Source of the DNA: an uncultured archaeon
GTDB lineage: Archaea > Asgardarchaeota > Lokiarchaeia > Sigyniarchaeales > SOKP01
DNA: 21,052 nt
Assembly (NCBI GenBank): GCA_964525635.1
Contig: CAZGJX010000082.1
Coordinates: forward strand, 1 to 21,052
Reading direction: 5' to 3'
Part shown: in pieces, positions 6,649 to 14,561 of the stretch
Position numbering within the stretch: position 1 is the first letter of the stretch
Layout of the letters: each line of letters starts with the position of its first letter
The notes under the pieces: generated by a model
Told to the model about the DNA's origin: nothing
Database searches by the model: none
What the model saw: the letters and a program-made list of their open reading frames with translations, nothing else
Program-made: the position numbers and the translations under genes

Positions 6649-9465
6649 ATGAAATCATATAAAAAAAAAAACATATGGATATTTGCTTTTTTAGCAATAA
6701 TCATTTCTAATCTTGTATTCATATCATTAGATATAGTTGAGACAGATTTACCAAAAGAAGAAAAAGAATTCTCTGTATATTCTTCTTATACTAGTGTATC
6801 TTCCATCTTTATAAATGGAACTGCAAACGGTATAGGAGCAAGAAACTGGACTTGGGCAGAAAGTCAAACATGGTGTTCTGGTAATGGTACTGTAGATGAA
6901 CCATATATAATTACAGGTTTATCTATAGATGGCCAAGGTAATTCAATACCTATATATATCATTAATTCAGATAAATATTTCAATATAACAAATTGTATTC
7001 TTTTTAATTCAATCGAAGCAGACTATGATAATCTATATAGAGCTGGAATTGTTCTTGAGAATGTTTTAAACGGAAGAATTAGAAATAATAATTGTTCTAA
7101 TAATAATGCTAATGGAATAAGTATCCGAAATTCTATAAATGTCACTATCCGAGACAACATTATGGATGCTAATTATTGGGGTGGCATAAGAATAAACGCG
7201 AGTGAGGATATGATTATACTCAATAATACTATTAAAAATAGTGATTATTATGATGCTTATGGTATTTATATGCATAATTCTAACAATTCATTTATTCTTG
7301 ATAACAAAATCAGTTTTCTCAATGATGGAATTTATCAGATTGGGAATGATTGTATTATAGAAAATAATACATTAGAAGATATTCAATATATTTCAATATA
7401 TATTGAAGGGAATAATATAAATATAAGAAATAATACTGTTAGAAATGTAATGGGCTTAGGTATATTTCTTGGTGCTCTCACACATAACGTAACAATTGAA
7501 AAAAATTTACTTGACAAAGGTGGTGACTATGGAATACTTATAAATGGAAATAATATAACTGTATTCAATAATACAGTTGGAAATTTTACATATTGCATTT
7601 ATCTCTGGGAAGATAGTGATCATGTCAATTGTACAAATAATATTATAAAGGGAAGTTTAAATACATACAATGTAGGAATTCGTTTGTATATAAATGGGAA
7701 ATTCTATACAATTGATGAAAATAAGATGATAAATTGTGGTATTTCTACTACTCCAAGATCAAATCAAGGAAGAATAAATATAACTACATCTAATACAGTA
7801 GATGATAAACCAATTTATTATTATTATAATAGATCTGGTTTAAATACTCTGGATTTCACACATATAGGCGCTCCTGGACAAATTATTTTATGGAATTGTA
7901 ATAATTCACAAATATCTAATTTTAAAATATCTGTTAATAATTTTACAGTTCCTATTATGGGATTCTACTGTAATGATCTACTTTTTTATAATAATACATT
8001 TAGTAATAATATTTTAGGTATTCATCTCGAATATTCCAATTTTCTAAATATATCCAATAATATATTATCCTATAATTGGAGACGTGGAATTAGTTTTGGA
8101 TGTTGTTATAATGTATCTGTTATAAATAATACGATTTATAATAATGGTGATGATGGTATATGGTTTTCAGATTCTACAATAGAAGTTATTAATAATAAAA
8201 TTTACAGAAATAAGGGGAGTGGTTTAAATGTTTATTCATTTAATGAAATACGTGCTGATTATAATAGAATATTGAATAATACAATTATAAATAATCTCGA
8301 AGATGGTTTAAAAATATCTACAAACTGTGAATTGAAAATATCAAACAATAATATAAGCAACAATAAATACTATGGAATACATTTCTCCAATGATAATTAT
8401 ACCTTAATTTTAAATAATACATTCTATAGAAATGGCGCAGAGGGTATTCGTTTTGTAAATGGAAAGATTGGTTTAATAAAAAATAATACATTCGAAGAAA
8501 ATGGAATCAGATATCCATCTTCATCATGTATCCTATTGCATGGACCTGACAATATTGAGATAACTGAAAATAATTTTATTAATACAGATGTAGGAGTCCA
8601 TTTAACAAGCTATTCTGAGAATAATACTATTTATCTAAATAAATTTATAGAGAACGACATAAATGCAATTGATGATGGGTATAATAATCAATGGGATAAT
8701 GGAACAATTGGAAATTATTGGGATGACTATATTGGAATAGATTTAAATCATGATAATATAGGAGATTTACCATATACTAGTATTGATGGCTCCGCCGATA
8801 GTCAAGACCGATATCCTATATGGAATAATAATGTTTTACCATCACCAATTTGGAACGAGATACCTATTAATCAAACAATTGAACTTGGTAATAATTTCTC
8901 TTATAGAGTAGATGCTTTTAGTCCTTTAGAAATTAATTATTATACATTAAATCTAACAATTTTTACTATCGATGCAAATGGGCTTATAACAAATGAAAGT
9001 ATTCTTAGCGTTGGTGATTATTGGATTAAAATCCATGCATTTGATATGTATAATCAAAATTGTACAGCAACAATTAAAATTACAGTTGAAGATACAATTG
9101 GACCTACATGGGATACCACTCCATCAGATCAGATTATTGAATATTATGATACCTTTATATACGATGTAGATGCTTCTGATCTTTCTGGGATAGAATATTA
9201 TTGGATTAATGATGAGGTTAATTTTAATATTAATAATATTACAGGACAAATAACAAATGCTACTGTTTTAGAAGCAGCTAATTATGAATTAGTAATAAGA
9301 GCTTATGATCCATATGGAAACTATTGTGAAGAAACAATCAAAATTACAGTTATTACCCCAGAAGAGCAAATTATTCCTGGTTATGATATACTATTTATTA
9401 TATCTCTAATTGGAGCTTTAACGATTTTGATTTTGCTTTATAAAAATCCTAAAATTAAAAACTAA
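6649..9465 (+). CDS. Cell-surface beta-helix (NosD/CASH-like) protein with two cadherin-like domains and IPGY-TM (Loki-CTERM/PGF-CTERM-like) sorting signal
   Basis: Signal sequence, the same N-cap as 2953..6465 (IFINGTAxGIGAxNWTWA), beta-helix repeats, GNYWDDY, two ~85-aa Ig/cadherin-like repeats, then IPGY, a hydrophobic helix and KNPKIKN. Confidence 0.85.
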   Translation: MKSYKKKNIWIFAFLAIIISNLVFISLDIVETDLPKEEKEFSVYSSYTSVSSIFINGTANGIGARNWTWAESQTWCSGNGTVDEPYIITGLSIDGQGNSIPIYIINSDKYFNITNCILFNSIEADYDNLYRAGIVLENVLNGRIRNNNCSNNNANGISIRNSINVTIRDNIMDANYWGGIRINASEDMIILNNTIKNSDYYDAYGIYMHNSNNSFILDNKISFLNDGIYQIGNDCIIENNTLEDIQYISIYIEGNNINIRNNTVRNVMGLGIFLGALTHNVTIEKNLLDKGGDYGILINGNNITVFNNTVGNFTYCIYLWEDSDHVNCTNNIIKGSLNTYNVGIRLYINGKFYTIDENKMINCGISTTPRSNQGRINITTSNTVDDKPIYYYYNRSGLNTLDFTHIGAPGQIILWNCNNSQISNFKISVNNFTVPIMGFYCNDLLFYNNTFSNNILGIHLEYSNFLNISNNILSYNWRRGISFGCCYNVSVINNTIYNNGDDGIWFSDSTIEVINNKIYRNKGSGLNVYSFNEIRADYNRILNNTIINNLEDGLKISTNCELKISNNNISNNKYYGIHFSNDNYTLILNNTFYRNGAEGIRFVNGKIGLIKNNTFEENGIRYPSSSCILLHGPDNIEITENNFINTDVGVHLTSYSENNTIYLNKFIENDINAIDDGYNNQWDNGTIGNYWDDYIGIDLNHDNIGDLPYTSIDGSADSQDRYPIWNNNVLPSPIWNEIPINQTIELGNNFSYRVDAFSPLEINYYTLNLTIFTIDANGLITNESILSVGDYWIKIHAFDMYNQNCTATIKITVEDTIGPTWDTTPSDQIIEYYDTFIYDVDASDLSGIEYYWINDEVNFNINNITGQITNATVLEAANYELVIRAYDPYGNYCEETIKITVITPEEQIIPGYDILFIISLIGALTILILLYKNPKIKN

Positions 9466-9480
9466 TTCTCTTTTTTTTTC
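9466..9480 (+). terminator. Oligo-T archaeal-type terminator
   Basis: TTCTCTTTTTTTTTC immediately after the stop codon. Confidence 0.45.
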
Positions 9481-9535
9481 AAACTTAATATAGATATATA
9501 TAGTAATTTTAACTATAAAAGCTTTTAAATCAAAC

Positions 9536-9907
9536 GTGCTTTCTGAAATACTTGCTTATCCTTTTGGTATAGTTCAGTTAATATTTACTGAGTATTATAT
9601 TATCCGTTCTATTAATAAACAGATTAATCAAGTTGATACTATATTGAATAAATTAATTAAATCTAGTTCAAATATGTCTATGAATGTATCAAATATAGCG
9701 ACAGAATTAGCTGGAAGTGCTAGGGAAGTGAATGCCGCTTCAGAAGAAATATCAACTACCACACAAGAAATTGCAGATATAATACAAAACATTTATTCGG
9801 TTTCAAGAAGTATTAAGGAAATTATGAATCTTGTAAACAGTATTTCGGATCAAACAAATTTATTGGCTTTTAATTATACAATAATTAAAATTAGAGATAT
9901 GTTATAG
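9536..9907 (+). pseudogene. Methyl-accepting chemotaxis protein fragment
   Basis: ATELAGSAREVNAASEEI...ISDQTNLLAFN is the start of the MCP signalling hairpin. The expected continuation (AxIEAARAGExGRGFAVVA) is missing and the N-terminus looks truncated. Confidence 0.7.
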
Positions 9908-9980
9908 AATGATAAATATAATTACTATCTGAAAGGGTGTTCCCAAATAAATAAACCAGATGATAATTCAGATAGAACAC

Positions 9981-10115
9981 TTAAAATGTGTAAGAAGCAA
10001 TTATATCATCATCTATAAGCCTTGTTTTTTTACATAAACAACATACTAATACCTTTTCATTATTAATTTTAGTTGGTAGCATAATAGCTCCACAATCATT
10101 ACAAAATTTTAACAT
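9981..10115 (-). CDS. Short Zn-ribbon protein like the TFS/Rpb9 (RpoM) N-terminal domain, possibly truncated
   Basis: MLKFCNDCGAIMLP...VCCLC. A strong RBS GGAGGTG (minus strand, 10123-10129) supports ATG 10115 rather than 10187. Only 44 aa, with no C-terminal TFIIS ribbon. Confidence 0.6.
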   Translation of the reverse strand: MLKFCNDCGAIMLPTKINNEKVLVCCLCKKTRLIDDDIIASYTF

Positions 10116-10471
10116 ATTTTCACACCTCCTACTTTTTTTGTAGAAAATATTATTTTCTCTATTTTTATTTTCTAAATTTCTGTACAAATATAGATTTCAT
10201 TTAAATCAATAATTCTTTTATTTTATATTTCTTTTTCTCGAGTAGTTATTAGGGAATAATAAATTTGATTTTTCCCGTGATATTATATTTTTCTTCCAAC
10301 AGTTATAGTATATTGAACATTATAATCGTGCTTAATCTCTATTATCTTTCATTATTTCACTCATAAATAATATCAACACTACATCTATAACTTTTTTTTT
10401 AATTCTATGAAAATTATAATCTACCATTTAAATTAGAATAATAATAAACAGTTCTTGATTAACCACTTTTT

Positions 10472-10723
10472 CTAATAAGATGCAATAAAAATTCTATTTG
10501 ATAATGAAAAATCTTTATATTTCGTATCATTAGGGGAGGGTTGTTTTTTTTGTTTATTTAAAAAAGGCATTCTTATTACAATTTTTTCTCGTGTCATATA
10601 AATATTATTAAAATATTTATTTGTTTTCTTATCATAATCTATGAACTTGTCGATGGATTTATCTTCCTGTAGAGTTATACCATTGTGATTTAACTTATTA
10701 TTTTTCCTTTTCATTTTACTCAC
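10472..10723 (-). CDS. Hypothetical small protein
   Basis: 83-codon ORF in very AT-rich DNA, with GTGA upstream of an alternative ATG at 10714. No recognisable motif. Confidence 0.3.
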   Translation of the reverse strand: MSKMKRKNNKLNHNGITLQEDKSIDKFIDYDKKTNKYFNNIYMTREKIVIRMPFLNKQKKQPSPNDTKYKDFSLSNRIFIASY

Positions 10724-11291
10724 TTTAAATATTTATTAATGAATAGATTTCTATCAAAAGATTATATTTTTCCTTATCTAATAATCTTATATGATATATA
10801 TTATAGAAGTAAAAAATTAACTTGATGATAAATTATTAAAAAAAAAAGAGATAGATTTCTTTCTAATTTTTTTATATCAATAATACTAAATATCATGCAT
10901 CGTATTTGATTCTTTGCTAAAGAAAAATAAAACTTTCGATTATTTAGCTCAAAAATTTAAAATCCTCTTTTCTTCAAGAAATAAAGTAAAATTCTTTCTT
11001 ACAAACCTATTATTTAATATTTTAAATGGTACTTAAACTTTTTTTCGATTTTATTTTACAATTTAAATTGTTATTTAATGATATCATGTTATATTCCTAA
11101 GATATTAATTTATAAAAAAAGATTTAAAATTGATTAATTATTGAATCTGATAAGATTTTCTCTATATTTCCTTTAGAAGGTATTTAATTTTAATTGATTT
11201 TATAATCAAAATATTATTTTTAATTGAAAAAATAAAAAATTTAGAAAATTAGAATTTTATCCAAATTGGGGATTTTGATAAATAGAGCAAA

Positions 11292-12302
11292 TTATGTAAA
11301 AATCTCTTTAATTAACCACTTTAAGGGTTCTATTAATAGTGGAGATTGCTGAGAAACATTTAGTGAATAAAATTTCAATGGAATATCTTTTTTATTTTTT
11401 AATTCTTTTAGCTTAAAAAATTTCTTAATTTCTTTTTCTCTTAAAGATGTCTTACTTTTAAAGGTATTATTTATAATTAAAAGTGGAATTTTACCAAGTA
11501 TTTTATTTAAATAAGAAGATATGAAATTCTCAATGAATATATTAACTTCATTAAAGCTATTTTTGTCTTTATTTTTAATAATATAAATTATTGCTTGAGC
11601 GTTCTCTAATTCAACATTACCTTCTGAAAATCTGGATGTACTTGGAATAATAATGTTATCAATTAAAACAGATAGAACTCTAGTGGAAATGTCCAATTTT
11701 CTTTGGCTATAAAATTGGATTGTTTCAATTGTTTTTAAAAAAGTATTTTTACCAGATCCTTTTGGTCCTAAGAGATAGACCTTTTTTTAAAGATTTATAT
11801 CTTGTGTAATAATTTTAATCTCTGATTCTGGAAATAATAAATTATAATAATTATCATAAAGAGAAAAAAATTCCACATTATCCTTTTTGCAATACTCAGT
11901 AAATTGTTTTATGGATGGATCTTTTTTATATTTATGCAAAACTAAGTTAAAATTTGGGAGATTTTTTAACTCAGATGCGAATTTTTCTAAAATGGATTGT
12001 TTTGAATTTAAATATTTTAGGATATCAGTGAGTTCATTTTTAAAATATGATGCTCGGATTATATAGGAAATCATTATTAAATCTTGCCCTCCTCTAGCAA
12101 GTTTAGATTCCATATAAAAAATAGTATTTATTGTCTGAAATTTTCGAAAAGAAAAAATAAATGTGCCTTCAACAGTACCAAATTCTAAAATTCTCGGTAA
12201 ATCGGGAAATTCATAAATATTTTTAATATCTAATTTACAATAAAGAATATTAGGACCTATACGCATGTCAAAATATGAAATAACTAAAAATTTTTCTATC
12301 AA
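11292..12302 (-). pseudogene. Longin/uDENN-like domain fused to a small GTPase-like domain, interrupted by one in-frame TAA (11787-11789)
   Basis: ORFs 11787..12302 and 11292..11696 share a frame. After the TAA the frame stays open as KKVYLLGPKGSGKNTFLKTIETIQFYSQRKLDISTR. The N-terminal part has SYFDMRIGP and LARGG longin motifs. Confidence 0.75.
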
Positions 12303-12649
12303 TTTTTTGTCTGGTATTTAATTTCAATTTAATAACATAATATAAGTTCATGATAATAGTTTTATCCTTTAAGAAATGTAAATCAATAATAAGGATCCTA
12401 AGAATCTTTCTTTTCAATATATCCAATAGATTAACTATAAAAAAAAAAGAAAAAAGCTCTAATAGAGTAAGGAAAAGTGGATAAAGAAGTCCTAAAAGAA
12501 CTTTAACTCTAAAATCATAAATATTTTAAATCAATTAAGAATTATTCTCTTAAAAATGCGATAATAAATCCAAAATTTAAAAGTTTATTTAATCTAAGAT
12601 TAATATTAAGAAAATTTAAAGATTTATAAAATAAGATTATTGATTATTT

Positions 12650-13063
12650 ATGTCTGAGGATTATATTAAAGGACAGATAAATTCAAAAGAAAGTGAAATA
12701 ACTAAAATTAATGAGGATGCATTTAGTAAATTAGCTTCTGCTGAAAAAGAAATTGAAGATGAATTTGATTCTCGTATTGAGAAATTAAAAGCTAAATTTG
12801 ATGAAGAAGTATAATTAAAAGATGAGGCTATTCAAAAGGCAGAGGAATGGACACAAAAAAAGAAAGAAAATATTTTATCAGCAAATACTGCTGGTAAGGA
12901 ACTTTCCCAATTGAAAAGTGAGAAAGAAAAAGCTAAAGCAGCTAAAATAAAAGAGATTCAAATTAATAAGCAAAATCAAACCAAAGAAGTTAAAAAAGAA
13001 ATAGTAGCATTAAAAAAACAAATAGCAACTTTAGAAAAAGAAAAAGCTAAAGCAGCTAAATAA
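12650..13063 (+). pseudogene. Charged coiled-coil protein (137 codons) interrupted by in-frame TAA at 12812-12814; missing from the ORF track
   Basis: MSEDYIKGQINSKESEITKINEDAFSKLASAEKEIEDEFDSRIEKLKAKFDEEV*LKDEAIQKAEEWTQKKKE...LEKEKAKAAK**. E/K/A-rich helical composition continues across the stop. Confidence 0.7.
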
Positions 13064-13427
13064 TAACATTTAATATTGCTGTTTTTATTCTTATCAAATG
13101 TAAAATTTCACATAGTTTATTAACTAACTCATTATTCATAGAAGAGATACTTAATATCTTATAAAGATTTATTGAAATATGAGATTAATAAAAGGAAATC
13201 AAAATTAAACTGATAAATTAATTATTTTTTTTCTTGACTAAACAAATCAATTAATTCCAATTCATTAATTTATTCTTTAAAGTCATTATTCATCAATAAT
13301 AATATATGCCAATTATACTAATATGTGGTCCTTTTAATAATTGAAGTGGTTATCCTATATTTTTGGATATTGTAAGATAAATATAATATCCCTTTTTTTA
13401 TATAAGTTTTTTTTATCCCCTATTCCA

Positions 13428-13800
13428 TTAAATATGATGAGGAGTAACTTCAAAAAAGACTCGCTTTCTACTTCCTATTTTGGAGAAAAATCCCATAATA
13501 CGAAATAAAATATATTTTTTCTTCAGATGTTTAATAGCTGTTTTTGTTTCGATACTTTCCAGAATTCTTGCTTTTCCCTCAAAGAAATCTCCCAAAACTA
13601 CTCCTCTAAATGTAGATGGATGAATTTCAACATTAGAATTATTTTGTATCCTTTTAATTTTCCATGCTTTAGAATCAGAGTAAAAATAAATTTTTCCCTC
13701 AGAGAATTTCAAACCACATCGGCGTTGGAACGCTTGTCCCATCCCTGCGAAACGTAGATAATAACATATCTTTTTCTCCCTTTAAAATATTCTCTGCCAT
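13428..13800 (-). pseudogene. PPOX-class F420-dependent oxidoreductase with a +1 frameshift near 13700
   Basis: ATG 13800 gives MAENILKGEKDMLLSTFRRDGTSVPTPMWFEIL*, containing the PPOX motif. The next frame gives EGKIYFYSDSKAWKIKRIQNNSNVEI...GKARIL. The span is 373 nt (3n+1). Confidence 0.8.
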
Positions 13801-13848
13801 TTTCATCATTTTTAATTTATTTCATTATTTTTTTTTAATTAAATACAA

Positions 13849-13969
13849 AGAGTTGTTTTTATTTAATTTCTCTAGGATCTCCTTGGTATTATCAATTCAA
13901 ATATCCTTATCTTTAAATAAAATATATACAATTTTCTCAACTAAATGATCTTGAACACTTGGTAATTTA
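13849..13969 (-). pseudogene. Degenerate duplicate of the HMG-CoA reductase 3' end
   Basis: 13862-13969 is 86/108 identical (ungapped) to 14581-14688. Translates as KLPSVQDHLVEKIVYILFKDKDI*IDNTKEILEKLNKNNS. Confidence 0.85.
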
Positions 13970-14034
13970 ATATTATTTAAATTAGCTCACTGAGCTTATA
14001 AATCAAATTTTTCTGAGCTTTTTTTTGATATTCA

Positions 14035-14475
14035 CTATTGAAGTAACTCATATAGTTTATTCTTTTCTGAAAAATAAAGAAGAAGCTCCTCTATATTTTC
14101 TGGTCCATTAAGTATATATTTATCATATTCATAAATTTTTTCTTTTATTGATTTAGAGAAAGACGCAAGTTGTTTTATTCTCGCGTTTCTATCCTTTTTA
14201 GGACCATCTGATCCAAAATATGAATTTATTTCTTGAATTATTTTAGCTATCTTATCTGCTCCAATTCTGCAGAGAGCAGAATGTAAATAAGTTGCGTCAT
14301 TACCAGTTGAATTATAGTAATACTGCATTAAACCACCATTACCAACTTCATAATCCATATTCATAACAATTGCAAACGTTTGCTCTGCATTTGTTAGATG
14401 ATCCCACCCAATAGATTCTTCACGCTCGGAAATTTTTAAATAAATCTGATCAACGCTATAATCTTTAGATGTCAA
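14035..14475 (-). CDS. DUF4375 / DMP19-family protein
   Basis: EVGNGGLMQYYYNSTG...ALCRIGA matches the EVxNGGFxQ(F/Y)xxNSxG...AL..IGA signature. TTG start with GTGAT upstream. Confidence 0.75.
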   Translation of the reverse strand: MTSKDYSVDQIYLKISEREESIGWDHLTNAEQTFAIVMNMDYEVGNGGLMQYYYNSTGNDATYLHSALCRIGADKIAKIIQEINSYFGSDGPKKDRNARIKQLASFSKSIKEKIYEYDKYILNGPENIEELLLYFSEKNKLYELLQ

Positions 14476-14561
14476 TTCAAATCACATATATAATTATTCC
14501 TTACAACTTAATAAGTTAAAATTATTCTTTCTTTATTTAATGTATTTTTTATTTTAAAAAA

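Noticed and set aside
7066-7275. 69-aa minus-strand ORF
   Set aside because: Antisense shadow inside the 938-aa beta-helix gene, with Ile-rich low-information sequence.
2953-9465. Literal nosD (nitrous-oxide reductase accessory) function
   Set aside because: Only the fold and repeat pattern match. No nosZ/F/Y genes are nearby and the proteins are much larger.
10116-10187. N-terminal extension of the Zn-ribbon ORF
   Set aside because: The strong RBS and domain start point to ATG 10115.
10172-10364. Possible decayed minus-strand gene (KIIEIKHDYNVQYTITVGRKI*YHGK...)
   Set aside because: Needs a frameshift and two stop read-throughs and matches no family I recognise.
11787-12814. Genome-wide TAA reassignment
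   Set aside because: TAA properly terminates many intact genes here (PIN, wHTH, both beta-helix genes, mvaA, mvaS).
13702-13742. Annotated start MGQAFQRRCG of ORF 13428..13742
   Set aside because: Wrong frame; the PPOX motif lies in the frame starting at 13800.
13527-13757. 76-aa plus-strand ORF
   Set aside because: Antisense to the PPOX gene and has no motif.
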